IMG/VR virus record: IMGVR_UViG_3300017971_000001
Span: 62,001-126,000 of that record
Strand: one strand, 5' to 3'
DNA length: 64,000 nucleotides
This document shows positions 47,591 through 56,436 of this stretch, piece after piece. The notes under the pieces are model-generated. The model had not been told where the DNA came from. It was given only the letters and a program-made list of their open reading frames with translations, and ran no database searches. Each line of letters opens with the position of its first letter. Within the stretch, counting starts at the first letter, position 1. The position numbers and the translations under genes are program-made.

Positions 47591-48742
47591 CTAGGAAACA
47601 GTCTTCCACACGTCCTTGCGCGCAGCGAGGTAACCCTCCCACCACTCTCGGTCGACCTTCTTGCGGGTGAAATCGCTGGGAGCGGGGGGAATGTAGTGCG
47701 CGTGGTTCAAGTGAGCCAGCGCGTAAGGCTTGGGGGCCACCTGGCCGTAGTGGTCGTAGTAGGCCACTTCGTGCCAGTGGCTGAGGAAGAGCTTGCCGAC
47801 CCAGCGCAGCGCGCGGGCCTCGATCTGGCCCGGCGGCAGCTGACCCTCGGCCAAGATCTTCTTCTGCTTGTGGTTCGGAACGTCCTTGAGCGTCTGGGCC
47901 GCCTGGTCGCTGAAGTCACCAGCTTCGTTGCGCACGACGAGGCGCGCCTTGTATTCGCGGTAGAGCGGGCCGTAGTAGCTCTTCTCCTTGTTGGAGAAGA
48001 CGCGGATCCGATCCCCGATCTTCCAGATCAGCACCTTGGCCCGCGCGTTCCAGGGCCGCATGGCGACCGCCTTGCGCAGCAGTTCCTTGGTCAGCCGGAT
48101 CTCGTCCTCGCCCTCGTCCTGGAGCAGAAAGCGCATGCGCTGCTGCAGTTGCTGCGGCTTGATCCCGACCTTGATCGCGATCTTGTCCACTTCGGCCTGG
48201 GTCGGCTTCTTGCCCTTCACGTTCTGGCTGACGATCCGCTCCGCCTTGGCCGAGCTCTGCCAGTTGACCTTGCCGTCTACGCCGCAGAAGCGCTAGAGCG
48301 ACCCGGCAGTCGGGGCGCGCGTAATGTCGAGGTAGGCGATCAGGCCGCCAGCGAACACTTCGCCGAACCCGAAGAGGCCCAGCGTCCAGCGCCCCGTGTG
48401 CGACTGGCTGGCGTAAGCCTTCATGGCCATTTTGATCTTGGCCTCGAGCTCGACGTAGCGCCCGCCGACCCAGGACATGAACAGGTTGGGCTCCTGGTCC
48501 TCGGCCGCGGCGCGCTCGCGGTTCTTGTGGCTCTTGCGGTCCTCCTGGATCTGGTAGTAGGTGTCCACCAGGTAGCGCGCCTCGTCGCGCTCGAGCGTGG
48601 CCGCAGCCTTGCGCAAGTCTCCGTTGAGCCGGCGCGAGAACATGCGCAGTTCGCGGAGTTCTCCAGGCAGCGTCGACTTGTCGTCTTCGTCGGGGAGAGG
48701 GAGCGTCGCGCTCCCCGCCGTGAACTTGCTCTTCTTGGCCAT
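47591..48742 (-). pseudogene. IS110/Nop-domain protein lacking RuvC (TasA-like), interrupted by an in-frame TAG at 48293-48295
   Basis: Track ORFs 48293-48844 and 47591-48220 are in frame; GFGEVFAGGLIAYLDITRAPTAGSL*RFCG (stop at the expected Trp), PWNARAKVLIWKIG, YYGPLYREYK, ARALRWVGKLFLSHW. Confidence 0.7.
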
Positions 48743-48839
48743 GTTGTCCCTTGCTTTGGGCTTCCCGTTGTTCGCGGAAAAGGAAAGTATCAGGCCGCTC
48801 CGACAAGTTGTGGAGATCTGAGATAAGTCCAATACTCCG

Positions 48840-48881
48840 AACAAGAAGCGAGCCCGAGAAGATCGCTCTTCTCGGGCTCGC
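48840..48881 (-). terminator. Intrinsic terminator
   Basis: GCGAGCCCGAGAAGA-loop-TCTTCTCGGGCTCGC with a TTCTTGTT tail on the minus strand. Confidence 0.75.
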
Positions 48882-48977
48882 CGTGGAGGTCCTGCCCCGG
48901 CATTCTGCCGGCTCGGATCTCTATGCCCGCCAGTGCTGATCGCTCAGGACGGCGGGCAACATTGTCTGCTGGCTGGT

Positions 48978-50191
48978 CTACTCGATCTTGAGGTTGTCCA
49001 GAAGGTAGGTGCGAACGGCGTCGCGGAGCCTGCTCGAGTCGTTGATCCGGGATCCGAACCTCCCCTTGTCACCGAAGGCGGCACGGTCCTTGTAGAGGAC
49101 CATGACGAACTCCCTGCACTGGTCAGGAGTCAGAGGCCTTCCGCCGAAACCTTCGCGGCACGCCTTGCCGAGCGCCGCGAGCATTTTCGTCCCGAAGGCG
49201 ACCTTGCTGCGGCGCGAAGCGCTGGACTTGGAGGTGTTGCCGTGGTACGAGAACCAGCCCCTGAGGCTGACGAGCGAGGCGATAATCGCCTTCGCCTGGC
49301 TGAACACCCTCTCCTCGAGAACGACTCCGTTGTTGCTGTATCCGCGCTTCGAGCGCCCCTTGGTGAGGCCGGCGAACAGGTTGTGGATCTGCGCACCGCC
49401 GATATCGTAGGGTCCGCCATGGGAGCGCATGAGCGCCTTGATCCGCATGGCACAGTTGGTGTGACTCGCCTCGAGCGTCTCGATCTTGGTGACCAGAGTC
49501 GCCTTGCTGTTGAGCTTCAGGAAGAGGTGGCGGGCATACTCCAGCGGCATGCCCTTCACGACATGGCAGTAAAGAGACACGTCGGCGACGGCGAACCCAG
49601 CGATCCGGTGCTGGCCGTCAGAGATCACCAGGACGTAGAGCCGCCACACGCCGTCAGCGTCCCTGAGCTTCACGGTCGGAACGTTCTTGACGGGGAACTC
49701 GTCGAAGGGGATCGCGACGATCAACGGCGCGGGCATGAGTTCCCCGGCCAGGGCGTCGCGAGCGATATCCTTGATCTTGTGATCCTTCAGGCCGCGCTGA
49801 AAGCCCAGCCCCGGGAACCTGTCCGGCTGAAGCTGACGCAGCTGCGAAGCTGATCGGGGTTGAGCTCGACGCGTTCCTCGACCTTGTCGCGCAGGTCGAA
49901 GGTCACGTTGCTCGTTCCGAAGCCGGGGATCGAAGGGCTTGCGTCGGGATTGGCGGCTCCGACGGGGCCTTCGTTCGCCGGGCTCCCTCCGTTCCAGCCC
50001 AGATCCTCGGCATGCCGAAGGATCTTCCGCTGGTTCTCTTCCTTGGGGGTCGTCTTACCGGCCAGGTAACGAGAGACGGAGCTCTGGTCGAGACCAATCG
50101 CCCGAGCGACGCCGGACTTGCTCTCGCCGTTCTGGCTGAGAATCCATTGAAGGGCCGACTTCCAGTCGTCCTTGAAAGGGGTGCAGTTCAT
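48978..50191 (-). CDS. XRE-HTH plus DGQHR/ParB-like domain protein, split by an apparent 1-nt deletion near 49847
   Basis: SKSGVARAIGLDQSSVSRYLAGKTTP (HTH); the downstream frame is open upstream of its ATG and reads ...GFQRGLKDHKIKDIA...ISDGQHRIAG. Confidence 0.7.
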
Positions 50192-50205
50192 ACAAAACCT
50201 AACGT

Positions 50206-50256
50206 CGATTGCTTTCGCTGTGACGGTTGTGCCGATAGCTTTCGCTGTGGCGGCTG
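50206..50256. promoter_or_regulatory. Direct repeat (27-bp period) upstream of the HTH gene; candidate operator
   Basis: CGATTGCTTTCGCTGTGACGGTTG / CGATAGCTTTCGCTGTGGCGGCTG. Confidence 0.5.
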
Positions 50257-50356
50257 CTTTCTGATCGAAATGATTCTCAGCAGCAATGGCGGGCTTATTG
50301 ATCGCAGTGATACTCGCCCTGGAATTTCACCGAACCACGTGTTCGGCGAAGGGACT

Positions 50357-51160
50357 CTAACTAACTTCGGCCCCCCATGAAACCCATCCCTTCCTTTTTT
50401 TTCTGGAAAATAGCTCGAGCCTTCGCTCCATGTGAGGCCAGAGCTCTTCAATCTTCTCGTAAATGCTTTCCGGTTTCTCGCTGTGCGCGCCGACAGGGCC
50501 CTCAAGCTCAGCGCTCACGGACGTCGCCCCCTTTGCCCGGGGCGCGCTCCCCTTGATCGCCAGGGCTACAGGCTCGTAGCAACTCCTGCTATAGAAGCCC
50601 ATGCCGACGTAAAGCTTCCCGCTCTTGTAGGTCTTCCTCCAATTGAAAAGCTGGCCGGTCTTGAACTGGAAACCCCAGCTTTCAATCACCTTGATCGCTT
50701 CGGGGGTCTTGGGGCCGGTGTACCACATGATCAGCACGCAGTTTTCAGCGGCCAGAGAGTCCACAGGAAGCGCGGCGATCTCCTCCACCGTCATGCAGTA
50801 GTACTGGTCCTGGGCCTTACCCTGCTCCCCCACGCGCTTGTATTTCCAAGGCGGGTCAACAAGGATCAGATTGAACAGGCCCTTCCTGACATGCTTCTTC
50901 CTGAGGGCTCGCAGGCTATCGACAGTCTCCAGGAACGAGATAGGCTCGATCTTCTTGGTCCCGAAGTTCTTGGAGTCCTTCGGTTTCTTACGAGCCTTGC
51001 CCTTGACCTCGCCTTCCTTGGGCTCCCCCTTTGCCTTCTTGCGAGACTTGGAGGCGCTCTTCTTAGGAGGTTCGGAGGCGGACGGCTCCCCCTCGGAGCA
51101 CGTCCTGCGATTGTGTCCCTCCCCGCCGCACTTGCCGCACCTGACGATTCGCTTCTTCAT
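50357..51160 (-). CDS. MT-A70 family N6-adenine methyltransferase with N-terminal zinc knuckle
   Basis: LILVDPPWKY, Y.CMTVEEIAALPV, WGF..KT...W.K, HSEKPE, LELFSR; N-terminal CGKCGGEGHNRRTC. Confidence 0.92.
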   Translation of the reverse strand: MKKRIVRCGKCGGEGHNRRTCSEGEPSASEPPKKSASKSRKKAKGEPKEGEVKGKARKKPKDSKNFGTKKIEPISFLETVDSLRALRKKHVRKGLFNLILVDPPWKYKRVGEQGKAQDQYYCMTVEEIAALPVDSLAAENCVLIMWYTGPKTPEAIKVIESWGFQFKTGQLFNWRKTYKSGKLYVGMGFYSRSCYEPVALAIKGSAPRAKGATSVSAELEGPVGAHSEKPESIYEKIEELWPHMERRLELFSRKKRKGWVSWGAEVS

Positions 51161-51194
51161 GCCGGAAGGATAGCTACTGGCTCCGACAAGGGCC

Positions 51195-51937
51195 GTGGCA
51201 GGTAAATAGGCCCCTGTCATGAAGGCCGCATGGCGGAGCGAAAGCAGCGTGACAGGTAAATAGGCCCCTGCCAGGACTTGTTGCTCGAGTCCGCCGCCGA
51301 CCAAGCCCTCGGGCTGCTCAGTGTGACAGGTAAATAGGCCCCTGCCAGGACTTGTTGCTTGGGGTCAGCCGCGGAGCAAAGGGAGTCTGCTGTCGTAGCA
51401 GGTAAATAGGCCCCTGCCAGGACTTGTTGCGACCTCGCCCCTCGTCGAGGTCGTCGGCGAGGTGGCAGGTAAATAGGCCCCTGCCAGGACTTGTTGCCAC
51501 CCGCCGCCTCAAGGGCGGCTCTCGGTATCAGAAGTGGCAGGTAAATAGGCCCCTGCCAGGACTTGTTGCCAGAAAAATCGCCTCCTACATATAGGGGGTC
51601 GCCCTCAAGTGGCAGGTAAATAGGCCCCTGCCAGGACTTGGTGTGTCATGCAGCACTTCTTGGACGCGATCAAGGTTGCCCGCGTGGCAGGTAAATAGGC
51701 CCCTGCCAGGACTTGTTGCCGGCACGATCCCGCTCGCGACGCTGGAGTCGTGGCAGGTAAATAGGCCCCTGCCAGGACTTGTTGCCCGCTGGGCAGAGGA
51801 GGCAAAGGTGGCCTCGGGTCTCGTGGCAGGTAAATAGGCCCCTGCCAGGACTTGTTGCGGCGCTCAATCGCGATCGCAACGCGCCGCCCACCGACCCCTC
51901 TGTGGCAGATAAATAGACCCCTGCCAGGACTTGTTGC
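51195..51937 (-). CRISPR. CRISPR array: 10 full 36-nt repeats plus 1 degenerate terminal repeat; 9 full spacers of 30-43 nt
   Basis: Plus-strand consensus GTGGCAGGTAAATAGGCCCCTGCCAGGACTTGTTGC at 51249, 51323, 51395, 51462, 51534, 51609, 51684, 51750, 51823, 51902; degenerate copy at 51195. Transcribed sense GCAACAAGUCCUGGCAGG-GGCCUAUUUA-CCUGCCAC forms a 3' hairpin ending in AC. Confidence 0.98.
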
Positions 51938-51947
51938 GCCGTGCCTC

Positions 51948-54071
51948 CTAAGCCTCTTCGCCGCCTTCGTTTTTGCGCTTCATTTCGAGCGCTCGCTTTT
52001 TCGCAATCGTCTTCCTCCTTCGCTTGTTGGGCTTTTCGCTGTAAGTCCACACCTCGTCCGGCTCGAGCGCCGGTCGATCCCAGTTCACCTTCGCGCCGCT
52101 CGCGGCGAGGAGGTTGCGAGACGCGTTCACGTCTCGATTCCAGGTCTCTCCACAAGAGCAGGTGAACACCTGCGCAGAGCCGAGGCTGCGGTTCCGCTTC
52201 CCGCAAGACCAGCAGGTCTGGCTCGTGTAGGCCGGGTTCAGCGTGTCGATATCCTCGAAGAAGACGTTCTGAAGCGACTTCTTGAGAACGCTCAGCGCCG
52301 CGTGCCTCTTGTTCTTGTTGATCCGGTCCTGCTTCTTGTTGTCGCCCGCCTTGTTTCGCTCTTGCATGTGCGCGAGGTTCATTTCCTCGATCACGCAGTT
52401 CTTGTAGCGCCTCCCCATGTCGCGGGCGAATCGACGGTAAAGGTCCCGCCTGCTCCCCTGCAGCTGGCCGCGGAGAGGATCGCGCCAATCGGGCCCGAGG
52501 TGGAGTTGGCGGCCACGCCAGTGCCAGAGCCAGTCGAGGCAGCTGTCCTCGTCCTGGTCGCGCCACTTCTTGACGAGCTTGGACAGCTTCTTCGGGCTCC
52601 TGAACTGGTGAAGGTTCTTGAACTCCTTCCGGAGGCCTTTCGGAATACAGCCCCGCCCTTCGACCTTGAAGTAAGCGATCAGGTTATCGACCGCTTCGTT
52701 GAAGTCCTTCTTCACGAGGCTCTGGAGGTTCTCCACCTGCTTGGCCTCTCGAAGCCACCAGCAAGGCAAAGCGACCTTGCCCTCCCTGCCGTCGCTCCCG
52801 GAGAACGTCGCGACGACGATCGAGCCGTTGTCGTAGCGCCAGCCGACGTCGATCGCGACGGTGCCTTCCTTCGCTCGGTCCGGACGGGGTCCGACGTCAG
52901 CAAGGCTCAGCTGAACCGACCACTTCAGGCGACGCCCCTCCTTCTTTCGAACGACCTTGGCGTGAGTGATTCGGACTCCCTCAGGGATCTCGCGCTTCAT
53001 GAAGAACGGGATTCGAGCCCAGACGGGCTTCTTCCCCTCACTCCTTACGCGGAGGTAGAGGATCGCGTCACCCCTCTTGGCCGCGCGGTCCCTTCCCGCC
53101 ACCCAGACGCCAGTCGGATACCGAACGATTCGGGCATGGCCCTGGCCCAGGTCGCCGCTGAAGATTACCTCAGGGGCCTGCTTCTCCCGCGACTGGTAAG
53201 TCTGGCCACCAATAATTCCAGAGCCGTCCCAACTCTTGAACTTCGGCGGGGGGCCCTTCCGGTGTTGACGGAGTGCCTCGTGACGCGTGTTCCTGGTGTT
53301 CCAGTGTAGTTCAGGAAACCGCTCGCGTCCCTCCTTGGCGGCGTCGCTCTTCGCGTCGTCGAAAGCCTTCTTGTCGTAGGAGTCCAACTCGCGCGCCTCT
53401 TTGCATATTTTTTGCCGATCCTCCCAGGCATTCTTGAGCTTTTTGTGAAGCGCGGAGATCTCCGCCCTCTCTTCCGGGGTGAGCGTATCGTCTCGATTCT
53501 TCGAGTTGCGCTTGCGCTGCTCTTCGTGAACAGCATGAAGCGCCTTCTTGATCGCTGCGTACTTCGCGTCGGCCTCAAGGATCTCGTCCTTCAACTCGGT
53601 CTTGAGCATGAACTTCATGTCAAGGTCGCGCATGCTGTGGTCGATCTCCACAGTGTCGTTGCGCATGCGCTGACTGTGGAAGAAGTGATCGTCGACGAAC
53701 TCGACGCCCTCGAGGAGCAGACCTTCTTCATGCGCACGCCGCCGCATTTCGGCGGAGATCAGGTCTTTGTTGACGCGGTCGCCTTGCTCAGCAAGCTGGC
53801 CCAGGAATCGGTGCTCATTCTCGAACCCGAGGGGAAGGGTTCGGTTCGCCGGGTACTTGTAGACCCGAACCCCCGTGTCCTTGTACTTGATACCCTTTTC
53901 CTTGTCCTTCTCCTTGGCCTTCTTCTTGGCCTTGTTCCGCTTGCGCATGCGCGCACGCTGGGCCTCGCGCAACTCTTCCTTGCTGCGCTTCTTGCGCCCG
54001 CCACGCTTCTTGGTCTTGCTCTGAGTCGTCACGACCCCCCCCCTCCTCACTTGAGCTCCCATCATACTCAC
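51948..54071 (-). CDS. cas12m: Type V CRISPR effector, Cas12m (V-M / V-U1, C2c4)-like; likely start GTG 54032
   Basis: RVYKY, LHWNT.N, F..WDGSG.IG.Q, TVAIDVGWR (RuvC-I), QFRSPKKL, RRDLYRRFA, VIEEMNL (RuvC-II), TSQTCWSCG...CSCG..WNRDVNASRNL (Zn finger, RuvC-III); directly upstream of the array. Confidence 0.82.
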   Translation of the reverse strand: MSMMGAQVRRGGVVTTQSKTKKRGGRKKRSKEELREAQRARMRKRNKAKKKAKEKDKEKGIKYKDTGVRVYKYPANRTLPLGFENEHRFLGQLAEQGDRVNKDLISAEMRRRAHEEGLLLEGVEFVDDHFFHSQRMRNDTVEIDHSMRDLDMKFMLKTELKDEILEADAKYAAIKKALHAVHEEQRKRNSKNRDDTLTPEERAEISALHKKLKNAWEDRQKICKEARELDSYDKKAFDDAKSDAAKEGRERFPELHWNTRNTRHEALRQHRKGPPPKFKSWDGSGIIGGQTYQSREKQAPEVIFSGDLGQGHARIVRYPTGVWVAGRDRAAKRGDAILYLRVRSEGKKPVWARIPFFMKREIPEGVRITHAKVVRKKEGRRLKWSVQLSLADVGPRPDRAKEGTVAIDVGWRYDNGSIVVATFSGSDGREGKVALPCWWLREAKQVENLQSLVKKDFNEAVDNLIAYFKVEGRGCIPKGLRKEFKNLHQFRSPKKLSKLVKKWRDQDEDSCLDWLWHWRGRQLHLGPDWRDPLRGQLQGSRRDLYRRFARDMGRRYKNCVIEEMNLAHMQERNKAGDNKKQDRINKNKRHAALSVLKKSLQNVFFEDIDTLNPAYTSQTCWSCGKRNRSLGSAQVFTCSCGETWNRDVNASRNLLAASGAKVNWDRPALEPDEVWTYSEKPNKRRRKTIAKKRALEMKRKNEGGEEA

Positions 54072-54104
54072 ACCCCTCCGACAGGTAGCGTAAGCCTTTG
54101 CCAG

Positions 54105-54488
54105 CTAAGACGCTTCGAGCTTCGCCAGCCCCTCGCGGAGCATGGCGCGAAACTCGTCCTCGAGCTTCATGGCGCGGTGAGCCTGGCCGAGCATGCTGCG
54201 CACGGACGTCAGGTCCTTCGGCTTGGGGTAGTCGCCCTGGCGGTTCATGAAGCTGTAGGCCTCCTCGATCACGGAGAGCGACTTCTGCTCCTTCTCGGTC
54301 AGCGGAAGAGGCTCGACGCCTTCGACCAGGTTGTGGCCGCGGACGACCTGGCGCACGTACTGGTTGCCGGTCCACACGTAGGCAGCCACGATCGTCTGGT
54401 TGCCCTCGACGCGCAGGCGCTCGATCTCGTCACGAACGGCCTGCTGCTTGCGGGCCTTGTTGGCCAACTTGTTCCTCTTCGCGCTCAA
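54105..54488 (-). CDS. Hypothetical protein
   Basis: Coupled ORF, high GC3. Confidence 0.7.
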   Translation of the reverse strand: MSAKRNKLANKARKQQAVRDEIERLRVEGNQTIVAAYVWTGNQYVRQVVRGHNLVEGVEPLPLTEKEQKSLSVIEEAYSFMNRQGDYPKPKDLTSVRSMLGQAHRAMKLEDEFRAMLREGLAKLEAS

Positions 54489-54844
54489 CGGGGCGCCTCC
54501 TTCTTGGTCACGATCTTTCGGTAAAGGCCCCCGGCTCCGGGTTCCTTGCTGCAGTAAAGGTGAGAGGCGATCTCGCCCCAGAGGCTCGCCTGAACGCGAA
54601 CCCAGCCCGGCTGACTCTCCTCGTCGACGAGCGCCTGCCCCGTCTCCGCTCCGTCCACGACGACCCTCGCGCCGGACTCTTCGAGGTCGCGGATCAACTC
54701 GTGGATCGTGTCGCAGGGAGGGATCTCGACAGGCGCTTGGTCCGCCAACTTCTTCGCCAGGACGAGCGAGAGGCCGAGGTGCTGGCGTAGGTCCTTGATC
54801 ACCGAGATCTTTCGGTGGCCCGTGCTCTCGAGGACAACTTTCAT
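54485..54844 (-). CDS. Ribosomal protein bL12 C-terminal-domain-like protein
   Basis: MKVVLESTGHRKISVIKDLRQHLGLSLVLAKKLADQAPVEI.....IRDLEESGARV. Confidence 0.8.
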   Translation of the reverse strand: MKVVLESTGHRKISVIKDLRQHLGLSLVLAKKLADQAPVEIPPCDTIHELIRDLEESGARVVVDGAETGQALVDEESQPGWVRVQASLWGEIASHLYCSKEPGAGGLYRKIVTKKEAPR

Positions 54845-54917
54845 AGGGACAACACTCCGATCAGGAGGATCAAACCAAGGCAGGCGGCCTGGAACAACCG
54901 CCACTCTTCCTCAGGCG

Positions 54918-55439
54918 TCAAATCGCGGCCCACCTAGGAGCACGCGGAGCTCGCAGGCGCGGGCAGGTCGCCATGGGAGACAGCGCCGACTGGGGAACGA
55001 AGAACGCCGGACGACCGGTGCCAGGATCCCTCCAGAACTTCTGCCGCTTGCCGTGCTCTCCGTAGATCCAGCCACGCAGCTGGAGGTAGGGAGCCCGGCC
55101 CGTGACGAGCACGAAGGGCCGGTGATCGGGCGAGGTCGCGTGGAGGATCAGACTTCCGTCCAAGCGAGGCGTCGTACGAACCTCGATCTCCCCCACGTCG
55201 CCGGCGCCGAACTCTCCGAACGACCCGCTCCAGAACATGTCCATGTAGCGCGCGACCGCGAGCTCGCCGGCGGCGCCTTCGACGTGAATCGACCAGCCGT
55301 TCGACGACCCGTTGGTGAGGCCGTGCTTATGCTGAAGTCCGTTCATGACGTTAGTGGCTTGGCGCTGAATTCCGACCTGCGCAGCAAGGCGGAACTCGCT
55401 CGGAGTGAGCGTAATCGGCACGGGGGCAGGGGCGGTCAT
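54918..55439 (-). CDS. Putative PD-(D/E)xK-like phage nuclease
   Basis: EGAAGELAVARY...GDVGEIEVRTT...FVLV...GW...FVPQSAL. Confidence 0.55.
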   Translation of the reverse strand: MTAPAPVPITLTPSEFRLAAQVGIQRQATNVMNGLQHKHGLTNGSSNGWSIHVEGAAGELAVARYMDMFWSGSFGEFGAGDVGEIEVRTTPRLDGSLILHATSPDHRPFVLVTGRAPYLQLRGWIYGEHGKRQKFWRDPGTGRPAFFVPQSALSPMATCPRLRAPRAPRWAAI

Positions 55440-55441
55440 TC

Positions 55442-55705
55442 TTAGCTCCGCTTCTCTAGAGCAGCCCGGCCAGGCAGGCTGAGGGCAGCGATCTTTTCCC
55501 AGCCCAACTCCCTGAAAAGGGCCTCGAAGGTCGCTCTGTAGCAGGTGTCGTAAGTGCCTTCGTGGCTTGCCGTCGAGGTGCCCGTTCGGAGGCACTCGTC
55601 CCGCTGCCGGATCGCGCGCTCGCCCTCCCAGATCGCCAGGAAGGAGAGCGCGTCAAGGACCGTATCCTCTTCGAGCGCGCGGTCGAGTGCCTCCTTGAGG
55701 TTCAC
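55442..55705 (-). CDS. Hypothetical protein
   Basis: Coupled ORF. Confidence 0.65.
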   Translation of the reverse strand: MNLKEALDRALEEDTVLDALSFLAIWEGERAIRQRDECLRTGTSTASHEGTYDTCYRATFEALFRELGWEKIAALSLPGRAALEKRS

Positions 55706-56436
55706 GCGTAAGCCTGTCGCTGTCGCTCGATCTCGCCAGCCACGTCAGGAGTCGGGTGACCCGGCGCCTTAATGAACTTGCCCGTCACGGGGTCCTTGCT
55801 GGCCGTTGCGATCTTGAGCAGGTTGTTCTCGTCCACGAGCTCGAGCAGCGGGCGGTTCTTCAGGCCGCAGGCGCTCATGGTCCCGATCGTCACGACCGAG
55901 ATATCGACGCAACCGTCCGCGATCTCGGTCAGGTCGGGATCGTGGGTGGCTGCGAACTCGAGACCGTCGAACTCGACCTTCGTCCCCTCGGCCCGCACCG
56001 TCACGCCGAGGGCCTCGATCGTCTCCAGGCACTCCTCGAGAATCAGGCGCGCCCGAAGCGTCCGCGTGTGGGCGTCGGGGACCGTCGGCACCTGAGGCAC
56101 TTCTTGGCCGAACCCGTACATCATGTGTTCGACGCGAATCTGGTGATTCGTCTGGTCGCGGTGCTTCGTTTCGACCTCGACGGGCGCGGCCTCAGCGATC
56201 GCGTCGTTGTAGGTGTCCTCACCGAGCCCGTCGAGCTCAGCCAAGCGACGGAGGCCATACCAGACCGCCTTGCCGACCTGCTCACGCAGGACACCCTTCT
56301 TGTTCCAGCGCGAGAGGTATTTGCCCACGTTCCACAGCAGCGCGTCCCGCTCGAGTCCCCAGGCCTTCAGGACCTTGATCGTCTCGTAGGCGTTCTCCTT
56401 GCCGCCGTAGTGATCCGGGTGATCGACCGAGCTCAC
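55702..56436 (-). CDS. DUF3310 domain fused to a MazG-like nucleotide pyrophosphohydrolase
   Basis: VDHPDHY...ETI...NVGKY.SR..KK......KAVWY, then LRARLILEECLE...EIADGCVDI.VV..G...V.ENN..K...GKFIK. Confidence 0.85.
   Translation of the reverse strand: MSSVDHPDHYGGKENAYETIKVLKAWGLERDALLWNVGKYLSRWNKKGVLREQVGKAVWYGLRRLAELDGLGEDTYNDAIAEAAPVEVETKHRDQTNHQIRVEHMMYGFGQEVPQVPTVPDAHTRTLRARLILEECLETIEALGVTVRAEGTKVEFDGLEFAATHDPDLTEIADGCVDISVVTIGTMSACGLKNRPLLELVDENNLLKIATASKDPVTGKFIKAPGHPTPDVAGEIERQRQAYA

Noticed and set aside
48293-48295. Genome-wide TAG reassignment
   Set aside because: TAG terminates many intact genes at sensible positions, and neither tRNA has a CUA anticodon
46712-48826. 704-aa plus-strand ORF (also 30981-32597, 51852-53309, 5122-6288 and similar)
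   Set aside because: Antisense shadows of high-GC3 minus-strand genes that carry recognisable motifs
51285-51901. Self-targeting spacers
   Set aside because: No protospacer found by eye within the window apart from a 10-nt flank at 56743; this needs a proper search
51161-51947. ORFs across the array (QQVLAGAYLPAT repeats) and the extended MT-A70 start at 51304
   Set aside because: These are translations of CRISPR repeats
51948-54071. IS200/IS605 TnpB
   Set aside because: About 700 aa, Cas12m-like motifs, an adjacent true CRISPR array and no tnpA or IS ends seen
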